33,874 nt of DNA from Elsinoe ampelina. Lineage: Eukaryota. The position numbers and the translations under genes were made by a program. Below are positions 22,269 to 32,989 of the stretch, one piece after another. The stretch spans positions 1,780,670 through 1,814,543 of the forward strand of contig ML992505.1 of the NCBI GenBank assembly GCA_010093995.1, in the 5' to 3' direction. Under the pieces are notes generated by a model. It searched no databases and had not been told where the DNA came from. It saw nothing but the letters and a program-made list of their open reading frames with translations. The number at the start of each line of letters is the position of its first letter. Position 1 is the stretch's first letter.

Positions 22269-22501
22269 TGAGGACGAACAGAGAACTCGTGTCCAGCTGG
22301 CTTTCACTCAAGGCCCCAACGGACTCACTTGTATACCATTACAAGCTCAAAAGGAGCTTCTTCAACATCTGCATAGCATACCCAGCTCACGAGGAGCTTT
22401 TTCTTCACTCTCATCTTCGCGTATTTAAGCCAGCATACATAGCCAGCATACTCATCCAACAACATGGACAGAATCCAGAACATCCTCTCATCCTGTCAAT
22501 C

Positions 22502-23887
22502 TTACTCCGTGATAGCCCTCCACATCTTCCTCCCCCTAAACCCCTTCACCCCAGCATCCTCCATGACCTCCCCCGCCAACCTTCCGGTGATGATACTCCT
22601 CTCCACCTCCCTCCCACCCACCACAAACTTCTCGAACCCACCCAGCTCCCCATCTTTGCCCTCCCTCCTCTCCCACCTTCCCTTCCCCTTCACGAAACCA
22701 CTTCCTTCCCTGTCCAGCGACATGAACCACTGCCTTTGATGCACGGAGCCGATATCATTCGTCGCACCAGGGTATGCGTTCGTCTCCCTTATGCGTGCCT
22801 GTTCGCGCTCGTCTCGAGTGGAATCCTCGTCGTCAGAGGCGGCGGCCGCGGCTTTCAGGTCGGCTTTCTCGTCGGAGATGGAGCTGGGGGCGGTGCTGGT
22901 TGAGGTCAAGGAGGTGTCAGTGTCTGAGGCTGTGGTTTCGGGTGAGGAAGGCTTGGGTTTGGGGAATGGGTTGTGGCGGCGGCGGCGTTTTGGGGCGCGG
23001 GGCTGGTGGAGACGGAAGTTCTGGCGGGGGAGGCGGAGGGCGAGGGTGTAGTTCTTGGGGAGGCGGGTGGAGTGGAGGCGGAGGTGGATGTGTCGCTGGG
23101 TGAGGTTAGAGGATCTTCCGTCAGAGCATGGGAGGAGGAAGGGGTACATCTTGGAAGGCTAGGCGAAGCTTTTGTGGTTCGGTGAGGTTTGGGGTGGAGA
23201 TTGAGCGGGTCTCATGATCTGATGTAGCGGAGAGTTCGTCGTCGGTATCCTTGTTCTTGCGGGTCTTGGATGGCCGTGGTCGGATTTCGTACTCGCCTGT
23301 GTCCCAAATGAGAAGGGAGCCGGTGGCGTGGGAGGCAGACTCTATGAGATTGTTCTAACGGTATCAACGACTGGGCGTAGCGTACATGCGTGTCACATAC
23401 CCAGACATTGTGTACCCTTGTCTCGATAGCCATTCTGTTCGGACGAATTGAGTTTGCATGACCAGGGACGCCATATGGAATGGAGAAACTCAATGAGCTG
23501 GTTTTGGAGAACTGAAGACGAAGATCATAATGAACACCTACCTCATGGTCAGCCACACAGCTGCCAACTGAGACATGGTCACGAACCAGACACAGGATGG
23601 TCGTGCTGGTGAATCACAAAGTGGCAACCCCTGTCAGTTTGATTCCTGACATACAGCTCGCGGTAAGTCTGCAAAGGAAGACAAGGTGTGCCTCCCGGAA
23701 ACTTTCTTTTCCTGCTTGACAGCTCATCGTGCCAGTATTGCACGTGGTCTACCACGTCTGCCTGACCTGCCTCAACGTCTGCCGGTGTCGGTTCATGCTT
23801 GATACCAGCAGCCTTGTCTGCTTTTGAGGACTTTCTTGTCGGAGGCGGTGACACTCTTCTCTTCAACGATCGAGGGATGTCGGTCAT
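22502..23887 (-). CDS. Stand-alone DNA ligase D-type 3'-phosphoesterase (LigD PE domain) protein; exons 23887..23587, 23537..23401, 23354..23148, 23095..22502 (412 aa)
   Basis: The spliced product reads FVIHQHDHPVSGVHYDLRLQ...RMAIETRVHNVW-NNLIESASHATGSLLIWDTGEYEI, matching PE motifs HYDxRL and WDxG. Three GT-AG introns (49, 46 and 52 nt) keep the frame. Confidence 0.88.
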
Positions 23888-24128
23888 AACTTATTCACAT
23901 GATGCTCTGGTGGTAGAAGACGACGTCGCTATCGCGCGGCAAAGTTGTGCCGGCGGCTTGCCCAAAAAGGAAAGTGTGGCGATCAGTTCCTCACCCGAGT
24001 CATCCCGGATATCATTTTTGTTTGCTCTTTTGTTTGCTGCGATGAGAAACTCTCTTTGTGTTACACTTCAAGTAGGTCGCCGAGCGTGAGTCTCATGGAG
24101 TCGTACAGGATCATCCACAGTCGTCCAC

Positions 24129-25868
24129 ATGTCTCCCGATAATACTTCCGCCTCGGAGCAGTCGCCGCTGCTCACCGATCATCCCGCGGTACCAGCCACT
24201 GAGCCGTCCGAGGGTATAGCTGTCAACGCTCCTTTACTATCTACCAGCGGGACCAATGGCACGATCAAGGCGCCGGACAGCCAACAGAATGGCTCGGCCA
24301 CATACGGTACCACAGGGGACCCAGAGAATGCCACTCCAGCAGAGCCGCAAGCCTTCGAGGGCAACCCAGGGATGCGGAAGCGCCTACCGTACATACTCCC
24401 TGCGATTGCTATAGGAGTATTCCTCTCAGCCTTGGATCAGACCATCATCGTCTCCTCATATGGTCACATTGGATCAGACCTGCACGCTCTGAACTCTACT
24501 TCATGGATTGCTACAGCATATCTCCTTACCATTACTTCCTTTCAACCATTGTATGGCAAGCTTTCAGACATTTTCGGCCGCAAGTCATGTCTGCTCTTTG
24601 CATATCTCATCTTTGGCCTGGGGTGCCTCTTCTGCGGTCTGGCACGCAACATCTCCGAGCTGATCGCTGCTCGAGCATTCGCAGGCATCGGAGGAGGTGG
24701 CATGACCACAGTCGTGTCTATCCTGATGTCTGATACGGTCTCACTGCGCGAACGTGGTACCTGGCAAGGCTACATTAATCTCGTGTACGCCACGGGCGCT
24801 GCAGCAGGAGCTCCGATCGGCGGAATCATGTCTGACAGCATAGGCTGGCGATGGGCTTTCCTCTCCCAGTCGCCTTTATGTCTAGTAGCCTTCATCGCCG
24901 TCGCCGTCATCCTTAAGGAGCCAGCTAAAGACGCCGTCCACTGGAAAGAAAAACTCAGACGAATTGACTTCCTCGGTGCAGCTATTCTCATCGCCGCAGT
25001 CTTCACCCTCCTTCTCGCCCTCGACCACGGCTCCAACGTCGCCTGGAAATCAACCTTCACCCTTGTCAGTCTCGGCGTCTCCATTCCCTTGTTCGCCATC
25101 TTCCTCCTCGTCGAGATGAAAGTCGCATCTCACCCCTTCGCCCCAGGTCATCTGATCTTCCACCCCACCCTGTTCGCCTGCTACGCCTGCAATTTCTTCT
25201 CTTTCGCCGGCTGGCTAGCCGCCATCTTCTACATTCCCCTGTACTTCCAAGCCGTCGACGGCCTCACCGCTACTCAAGCCGGCGTCCGCCTGATGCCTAG
25301 CATGGCTTTTGGTGTCTCCGGCTCTCTTTTCGCGGGAATCTGGATGCAGCACTATGGGCGGTACTACTGGCTCACAGTGCTCTGCTATACGTTTCTCACC
25401 GTGGGAATGGTGGTCATCATCCTCTTCTCGGGCCTCGTTAGCGCGAGCACGGTCGGGATCATCATTGGGATGTGTATCGCTGCTTTCTCCAATGGCATCG
25501 GCGTGACCAGTACCCTCATCGGCCTTATCGCGAATGCAGAGCGGGACGACCAGGCTATCGTCACGGCGTGCAGTTATCTGTTCCGCTCACTGGGTTGTGT
25601 CTTTGGCGTGAGCATGTCAGCGACGGTGGCCAACCAGGTGCTGCGGAGTGAGCTCGAGGGGACTCTGTCTGGTGAGGAGGCGAGGGAGATTGCGTGCAGA
25701 GTCAGAGAGAGCCTGTCATATATCGGCACATTGGAGCCGAAGGTGAGAGCTGTGGTCGCAGAGTGCTATGCTAAGAGCACGCGAGGAGCATTCGCTTTGC
25801 AGGTCGGGCTGGTGGCGGGTGCTGCCATCGCGGCGTGGTTTATCAGGGAGAAGAGGCTAGGTGGATGA
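24129..25868 (+). CDS. MFS transporter, DHA2/14-TMS type (Vba-like)
   Basis: Motifs LDQTII, YGKLSDIFGRK (motif A), ARAFAGIGGGG, GWRWAF and RIDFLGA, plus many hydrophobic segments; 579 aa. Confidence 0.93.
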   Translation: MSPDNTSASEQSPLLTDHPAVPATEPSEGIAVNAPLLSTSGTNGTIKAPDSQQNGSATYGTTGDPENATPAEPQAFEGNPGMRKRLPYILPAIAIGVFLSALDQTIIVSSYGHIGSDLHALNSTSWIATAYLLTITSFQPLYGKLSDIFGRKSCLLFAYLIFGLGCLFCGLARNISELIAARAFAGIGGGGMTTVVSILMSDTVSLRERGTWQGYINLVYATGAAAGAPIGGIMSDSIGWRWAFLSQSPLCLVAFIAVAVILKEPAKDAVHWKEKLRRIDFLGAAILIAAVFTLLLALDHGSNVAWKSTFTLVSLGVSIPLFAIFLLVEMKVASHPFAPGHLIFHPTLFACYACNFFSFAGWLAAIFYIPLYFQAVDGLTATQAGVRLMPSMAFGVSGSLFAGIWMQHYGRYYWLTVLCYTFLTVGMVVIILFSGLVSASTVGIIIGMCIAAFSNGIGVTSTLIGLIANAERDDQAIVTACSYLFRSLGCVFGVSMSATVANQVLRSELEGTLSGEEAREIACRVRESLSYIGTLEPKVRAVVAECYAKSTRGAFALQVGLVAGAAIAAWFIREKRLGG

Positions 25869-26057
25869 GGTGCTGAAGTCTCTCAAAGCAGGACTCCGGA
25901 TCTGCTTCGAAGCACGGTGACGGATGCATCTACTCTGTCACCATATCACACAGGCTCGCCCACCTGTGATGTACAGCATTTCCATGATCCTGTATTGACC
26001 CCATATAGACCCTAGATTCCCAATATTACCATCTACCTGTACAAACCTATGGTATCA

Positions 26058-27839
26058 TTAACCTCTCATAAACATCCTATACGCCGGATCATCCGTGACC
26101 TCACTCCACCCATATCCCAACTCCCTCAAGAAACCCTTCAACCCCTCCTCCTCACCAGCGGGACACTGGATCCCCGCCAAGACCTTTCCTATATCCCCTC
26201 CCGCATTCCTGTAGTGGAACAAACTGATGTTAAAACCCGGCTGCAACGTCGTCAAGAATTTGTGCAACGCCCCTTGCCGCTCCGGGAACTCAAACGCGAA
26301 GAGCCGCTCGTCCTGAGCTGTACTCCGCCCACCGACTAGGTAGCGGATGTGTGACTTCGCGAGCTCATTCTCCGAGAGGTCATTGGCTACCATGCCGTCG
26401 TTGCCGAGACGCTCGATGAGATCGGCGAGGTCTCGTTCTCGGGAGGTCGGGCGGAGCGTGATACCTATGAGCACGTTTGCCTGTTTGGGCTCGGCGAAGC
26501 GGTAGCAGAATTCTGTCACGACCATGGGGTCGACGGCTTTGATGAGGGCGGCGAAACTACCTGGTCGTTCGGGGATTTTGACGCTGAGGAGTGCTTCTCG
26601 CTTTTCACCTAGAGCGGCTCGTTCGGCGACGAAGCGGAGTCGGTCGAAGTTCATGTTTGCGCCTGAGGCGATGGCGACGAGTTGGCGTTTGGTGTCTGAG
26701 GAGGGGTTCTCGGCGACGTATTTCTTTAGGCCGGCGAGGGCGAGTGCACCGGCGGGTTCGAGGATGGAGCGGGTGTCTTCGAAGGTGTCTTTGATGGCGG
26801 CGCAGATCTCGTCTGTGTTAACTTGGATGACTGAGTCGACGACTTCGGTGCAGATACGGAAGGTTTCTTCTCCCACCGTCTTGACAGCAGCGCCGTCAGC
26901 GAAAAGGCCGACGTCTTTGAGCACAACACGGCGGCCAAGCTTCAGAGATTGAACCATGGCGTTTGCATCGTAGGCTTCAACGCCAATGATCTTGACGTGT
27001 GGGGCTATGCGTTTGATGAAGACGCCAATTCCGGCTATGAGACCACCACCGCCAACGCAACAAAAGATGGCTTCGAGCTTGGTGAGGTCGGTCTGCTGGG
27101 TGATTTCGAGACCTATGGTGCCTTGACCTGCAATGATGTAGGGGTCGTCGAAGGGTGGAATGACGGTAAGACCATGGACACCGGCGAGTCGTGTACATTC
27201 TGCTTTGGCGGCATCGAAGTCCTCGCCATGGAGGACCACATTGCCACCTAATCGCGCTACATTTGTGTGTTTAATGGCGGGCGTTCCAGTAGGCATGAGA
27301 ATGGTGGATGGGATGCGGAGCTTCTTTGCTGAGTATGCAACGCCCTGCGCGTGGTTACCTTGACAGATTAGTGAAGCTTTGCTGAAAGGCAGAAAAACCT
27401 ACCGGCTGAGCATGCAATGACTCCTTTCCATCTTTCCGAGTGGTCGAGATGTGCCATCTTGTTGTAAGCACCACGTAACTTGAAGCTGAAGACTGGTAAT
27501 AGATCCTCTCGTTTGAGATAGATCTGGCTCTCCAATCTGTTGCTAAGATTGGTAGCGAATGTGAGGGGTGTACGTTCAATGACATCGTAAACGCGAGAAG
27601 TTAGAACAAGTCGAAGATACTATACCTTGTCAGTGACTTTACTCTGAATGACTGACCAGACAAACATCAGGATACCCAGTCGGAAGCAGAAAATGCTCCG
27701 GTACACCAGTCTTTAGTATCTTCTCTTTCGAGCTCTCATCGGATGGAGACGGATTGGCGGCATATTCTGTCAGTGATAACGTATTTCTCCTCGGAGTCTG
27801 GGGCGCTGAGCCGCCATTGACTTCTGCCACCTCCGCCAT
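26058..27839 (-). CDS. ILV1: Biosynthetic threonine dehydratase/deaminase; exons 27839..27666, 27619..27403, 27358..26058 (563 aa)
   Basis: PLP motif [29 protein letters not shown] across a splice junction, [16 protein letters not shown] and two C-terminal regulatory repeats ([16 protein letters not shown]). Introns of 46 and 44 nt keep the frame. Confidence 0.96.
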
Positions 27840-28225
27840 GGCAAATAGAGGGCAATTGATGGTGTTTGACTGACCTCCGCTCACGGAGTCATGGTGGAAG
27901 TTTTGGCCAAGAAGTGAAGTCGATATCGGCGGCAGAATTGCAGAGCCGCATGCAGATCGACAACTCGATCCTGGGCGGTGAGAATCTGAGATCTGGAGAA
28001 GCTTCGGCGGGTTTACATCATCATTGTTGGAGAAAGACGAAGCTGTAGAACCTAACACTGCCTTCATCGCCCTCTCTCACGACCTGTCTATTTGCCGATA
28101 ACCGGACCTCACCTATCTCTTCTCGAACTCGGTAGCATTCTCCTCGTATCTCCGACCATCAGAGGCACTACCATTCCCGCCAAACCAGTATTAGTGCAGC
28201 TTTGCACGCGCTCACACCACACACC

Positions 28226-28865
28226 ATGAGTGCTCCTCCACCTTCTTCCTTCGATGGCGACGTGTAAGCAGCTACTGCAGCAACAATGCAAGGCTGTACC
28301 TGATATGTGACAGTGACTTCTACCAAGAGAGTAGGTGGCAGAAGCTGAAGAGGAAGCTGTTAGAAGAGCCGTTGATTCCGCTTGGATGCGGCTTGACATG
28401 TTGGGCGCTTTATGAGGCGACAAAGTCTATCAAGTAAGAGGCCAGGCAATGAACGAGTATGGAGTATACTGACGCGACCTCAGATCTGGAGACAAGCACA
28501 GGACGAACCGCATGTTCCGACGACGTATCTACGCCCAGGGCTTCACAATCATGGCTATGCTTGCAGGATCGGTATACTGGGAGTCGGATCGCTCAAAGAG
28601 AAGGCAGTATGATGATCTCATTGATGAGAAGAAGAGAAAGGAGAAGCACGAGGCCTGGATCAAGGAGCTGGAGATCCGAGAGGAGGAAGAAGAGGAGCTG
28701 CGCAAGCTACGGCGACAGATGATGCAGGGTGCAGCGCCAGCAGAGAAATTGGCGTCCGAGAGTCAATCAAAGAATATTCGAAGTGTGCTAGAGTCCTCAG
28801 AATCGCGGCATCGATTCGGTATCGCTGGTGCTGCATTAGGAGCTCTGGGAGGACAGTGGCGGTGA
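28226..28865 (+). CDS. RCF1: Respiratory supercomplex factor 1 (HIG1 domain); exons 28226..28263, 28314..28433, 28484..28865 (179 aa)
   Basis: The spliced product reads MSAPPPSSFDGDVDFYQESRWQKLKRKLLEEPLIPLGC...NRMFRRRIYAQGFT. Two 50-nt introns (GTAAGC..CAG, GTAAGA..CAG). Confidence 0.92.
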
Positions 28866-29302
28866 TCCAGCCCGTTGTAAATCTGCCAAATTGTACAAAT
28901 ACCCTTTTATGAACAAACAACAAAATAATGTAGTTATGCGTGGGACAGTGAAGCGACGAGCTTCGCATGCTTAAAATGAGGCTGCCCGTCCCATGGAGAT
29001 ATCAAAGCTTAAATTTCGAGGCTGAACAGAGACACAACCTCGTCCACCCTTTATTTAATCTTTGCGCTCTCCACATTGATACATTTCACCATGGTTCGTT
29101 CTTGTTCAGATACCTGATCATTCCATTTTCTTCAGCACCGCCGAGCACCATATCACCAGCCGTGTACCGAAGCGCCACCAGATTGCGTGCCTCAGCTCCG
29201 CGGCTGAGCCAGACAGGCATCAAGGCAGACATTTCTAAAACCCAACAAACATATCATCAGTCATTCGAAATGTCGCGATGAACGAACGGCACGGTCATTG
29301 CC

Positions 29303-32300
29303 ATGTCTTCTCCGGCCGCGACCTCTGCGGTGACGCGGTATAGGCCCGCTGTGCTGATCGCCACTGGTTTGGCGGCGGCATACGGCACGTACCTGGTCTA
29401 TCGTGGACTAACATATCCTGAAACGACATCAAGATCAAGCGGCCTACATAGAAGCAATGCTGTTCACAGACCTCATCGGCACCGTCGTATCTCTATCGTC
29501 ACATTCATATCCTACGACCACCAAGACGGACTTTTCCCGGACTGCATCTGTGCCGTTGATGATCGTAAGTACGAGAACATCAGGCCTGTCACATTCTCTA
29601 ATGAAATCCCAGGACAATACAGCTTTAGCCTGGCTGAAGGCGGACCTTCACGAACGGCAGTCATGTCAGCTCTCCAATTGTCACCTCCAGAAACCGACAC
29701 TGTAATTCACGAAATGCAATTACCAGCACTGGAACAGATATTCCATGTCATCGTCAATGCTCAGCTAGATTCTGAAGTCGCTCAAAGCATGCCAGACATT
29801 CGTGATGCTCTGGATGCACGAGATTCCACCGCACTTCTGGCACTGGAAGAGGTCTTTACCATTGGTAGATGGACTTTTGATCTCCATGCCTTCCAAGCCG
29901 CCGTCGCTTCTTGGTGCTCACGCAATGCGGAGGACAGTCCTGCCAGGTTGCGGTCCTCTGTGGTGACTAGACGTACGATCAACGATGATGCCGAAACAGT
30001 CGCCGACGACTCCGACGCCGAGGAAGAACGGGATCCAGGCCAGGGTGCGAAAGGATTGCTCTACCATATCGCCGAAGACGAGGCTAAGAAATCCTCATAC
30101 ATCCACAGAGGAACTAGATGCGATTCGTGTAGTCAGCTACCCATCACTGGTATCCGGTGGCACTGTCTCAACTGTCCCGACTTTGATCTCTGCTCTGCTT
30201 GTGAGGCACTCGGACAACATGTTCGAACCCATGTCTTTGCGAAGATCACAATTCCGATATCTCCCAGAGCACAACCAAGAGTAATGTATCCGGTCTGGTA
30301 TCCTGGTAATCCCCAGGCTGCTATACCCGTACGATTGTCCGAAGCGGAACGTAAAGAGCATTCCGAAAAAACTGGATTTGACGAACCAAGGATCGAAGCT
30401 CTCTACGATCAATTCTTCTGCCTCGCGTCTGTTTTCCGGGATGTAAACGGAACCGTGGACTATCTTGGTATCGACCGATTCACCTTTCATAAAGTCTTTG
30501 CAGGCGACAGAGCAAAACATCCGGTCGCCCCAAATTATCTCTACGACAGGTTGTTCGATTTCTACGACGAGAACAAGGATGGTCAGATCACCTTTCCTGA
30601 ATTCGTCCATGGGCTGGCATATCTTCAGATGCCCGCGAAACGCAGATCTTTGGACAAGGTATTCCAAGGGTATGATGCCGACGGTGATGGTTACGTGAAT
30701 CGTGCGGACATGATTCGCATGCTACGCGCAAAATACATGATCCACAAAGAGATGACCATGGACATTGTCACAATCGAGGACGCTCAACCACTGGCATTCG
30801 GAATGAATTACGAAAGAGCGATGAGATCAAACCGGACGCTCAGCTCCATGTTCAGCGAAGCAGAGATTCCCCGGGGTCAAGGCATTAACCCGTACAACAA
30901 GCCTGTCGACCCATTCGGAGACGGTCAGGTTGTGCCTCATCCGATATATAGTCGATCCATCCTGCCAAATGGCCAGACCGATATAGACATCACCTTCTGG
31001 GAAGCCGTATTTGGCAAGCATGGCCGGCCTTATCTTAGTGAGCTGCACCCGCAATTCAATGATCGTCTAGAGGCTCGACTCCAAGTCCGACCTCGTTACA
31101 CTGGAAGTGAGTCTTACGAACTTGACGGCACGGATAGAAGAGGCGAAAAGTACTTGCTTGTACCAGTCGACAGCAGGGATCGACGTCCGATCTTCTCGAC
31201 CCGCGAATCGCTCGCTGAGGAGTGGAAGGAAGATATTGCAGACGTCAATGCGAAGCTGACAAATGGTCGGGTCAGTGGGAATAAAGACCACAGTCCTCTC
31301 AATGCCGTCCATGAAAAGGGACAGACAATTGTCGTCACTCCAGAGGAGCGTGACCTCGGCGACGAGGTGCTGTACCAAGTCATCGAGGACGCAATTAACG
31401 AGAGCCTAGACGATTTTTTCATTGAGAAAAGAGAGCTTTCTAAGAGATGTGTTGACAGCAGAGCTGATCGGAAACGATGGCGGAAAGAGCTTGACGAATT
31501 TATCAAGAACAGGGACGAGAATAAGGTCGAGGAGGTGACTGACAAAGAAGCCGAGAAGGAGGACGCCGACGATGAAGAAGATGATCTCTTTGTCAAGCAA
31601 GACGAATACGTGGACAGCACAACTCTGGAAGCAGCTAGGAGCGTTCGATCTGCGAGTCCCTCACCTGAACAGGATCTTGGACCTTCGGACTCGTCTCTGC
31701 AACAACTTCCACAGTCATCTACTTTGGATGCCAATCCTCAGGAAGAAGAAACCCGACCACAGATCAACCAAGCGGATGTAGTCAGTCAGATTCAAGCTAC
31801 TGCAGTGCCGACAGATGAAGGCAGCCTGCAGAGCATGGAACGAGACATCCGTGATCAGGATCTGGACTCTTTGTTAGCAGCAGCTGGCTACTCTGTTGCT
31901 GACGAAGAATCCATTTCCGAAGCACCTGCGAACGATGTCGCTCGGCCGAGAGAAGAGGTGGAACAAGACGGGCGGGATGCAAATGGTGTGGCTTCGGAAA
32001 GTCCACGAGAAAATGTCAATGTCAGCCTTGCAGCATTCCGTGGCACTCGACAATCATCTGCTTTCTCTGACAGGCCCAATGCGGCTGCCAGCCCCGATAA
32101 CCACGGATCATTTGTGGTTCCAGACACATCTTCATCTGGATCATCGAAGGCGAACTCGGAGGGAGAGTCAGACGCCGGCGAGGACGATGGGGATCGTCTT
32201 CGCGAGCTGCCATGGACTCCTGCATCGGTCAGAAGCACGTCCAATGGTGACATGGACCATGTCAAGGACAATGAAAAGGGCGCCCCCAGCGACCTTGACG

Positions 32301-32755
32301 AGGCGAAGAAAGATGATCCCCACGCAAATCACACGGTCAGCGGATCAAACAGTGAAATTGGGGACGGCAGCCCAAAGTCACAGAGAGAAGATGCTGCCAC
32401 TAGCGAGAAGACCGATGTGTCTGACGGGGTCAAGACGGCGGATCAAGAAAAATGTGGCACGTCGAATGGGGTTTCGAAGGAGGCAAATGCTAGCGATGAC
32501 AAAGGTCGAGAGGATAAGACGTCCACATCGTCTCGCCGAAGCTCGGTCTCGACTAAGGATCCACCATCTCTCGAACAGCTCGAAGAGTGGGCCATGCTTG
32601 AAAAGGAAGACAAGGAGTTCATGGATCGTGGAGGACCAGCAGTGCTGAACTTTAGCGAGTTTGAGGACATTATCTGGAGGGATGAAGAGAAAGGAGACTG
32701 GAAGAAGGGATTGAAAGGCATAGCGGAGGGTTGGTTGGAGTTTGCACACATCTGA
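29303..32755 (+). CDS. ZZ-type zinc finger plus EF-hand protein with N-terminal hydrophobic anchor and long acidic disordered region
   Basis: ZZ finger CDSC...CLNC.DFDLCSAC...H..H; EF-hand loops DENKDGQITFPE and DADGDGYVNRAD; N-terminal AVLIATGLAAAYGTYLVY; 1150 aa. Confidence 0.9.
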   Translation: MSSPAATSAVTRYRPAVLIATGLAAAYGTYLVYRGLTYPETTSRSSGLHRSNAVHRPHRHRRISIVTFISYDHQDGLFPDCICAVDDRKYENIRPVTFSNEIPGQYSFSLAEGGPSRTAVMSALQLSPPETDTVIHEMQLPALEQIFHVIVNAQLDSEVAQSMPDIRDALDARDSTALLALEEVFTIGRWTFDLHAFQAAVASWCSRNAEDSPARLRSSVVTRRTINDDAETVADDSDAEEERDPGQGAKGLLYHIAEDEAKKSSYIHRGTRCDSCSQLPITGIRWHCLNCPDFDLCSACEALGQHVRTHVFAKITIPISPRAQPRVMYPVWYPGNPQAAIPVRLSEAERKEHSEKTGFDEPRIEALYDQFFCLASVFRDVNGTVDYLGIDRFTFHKVFAGDRAKHPVAPNYLYDRLFDFYDENKDGQITFPEFVHGLAYLQMPAKRRSLDKVFQGYDADGDGYVNRADMIRMLRAKYMIHKEMTMDIVTIEDAQPLAFGMNYERAMRSNRTLSSMFSEAEIPRGQGINPYNKPVDPFGDGQVVPHPIYSRSILPNGQTDIDITFWEAVFGKHGRPYLSELHPQFNDRLEARLQVRPRYTGSESYELDGTDRRGEKYLLVPVDSRDRRPIFSTRESLAEEWKEDIADVNAKLTNGRVSGNKDHSPLNAVHEKGQTIVVTPEERDLGDEVLYQVIEDAINESLDDFFIEKRELSKRCVDSRADRKRWRKELDEFIKNRDENKVEEVTDKEAEKEDADDEEDDLFVKQDEYVDSTTLEAARSVRSASPSPEQDLGPSDSSLQQLPQSSTLDANPQEEETRPQINQADVVSQIQATAVPTDEGSLQSMERDIRDQDLDSLLAAAGYSVADEESISEAPANDVARPREEVEQDGRDANGVASESPRENVNVSLAAFRGTRQSSAFSDRPNAAASPDNHGSFVVPDTSSSGSSKANSEGESDAGEDDGDRLRELPWTPASVRSTSNGDMDHVKDNEKGAPSDLDEAKKDDPHANHTVSGSNSEIGDGSPKSQREDAATSEKTDVSDGVKTADQEKCGTSNGVSKEANASDDKGREDKTSTSSRRSSVSTKDPPSLEQLEEWAMLEKEDKEFMDRGGPAVLNFSEFEDIIWRDEEKGDWKKGLKGIAEGWLEFAHI

Positions 32756-32989
32756 GGGCATCATTGCATGATACTAGACATGCTAGTCCCGAGCTAGGGA
32801 TCATACATCGCTACGGCATGGTTGAATCATTCATTACCTGTCATCAATGATCCCGCGGGCATGGTAAATCTGATGTATGACCGAATTCAGCTGACATGAC
32901 TCGCGGACCTCGATGTCAACCGAGGTATAAGCTGGAGCGCCAAGAAGGACCCTGATTCAGTTTATCCCCTGGTGGAACTGAACACTTAT

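Noticed and set aside
22265..23185. Plus-strand ORFs of 212, 109 and 86 aa
   Set aside because: Antisense shadows of phosphoesterase exon 4 in skewed sequence.
31114..32764. Overlapping alternative-frame and antisense ORFs up to 250 aa
   Set aside because: Shadows of the acidic low-complexity region of the ZZ/EF-hand gene.
32956..32982. ttcagtt...aactgaa hairpin, considered as a tRNA fragment or element terminus
   Set aside because: Only a 7-bp stem, with no cloverleaf or A/B boxes.
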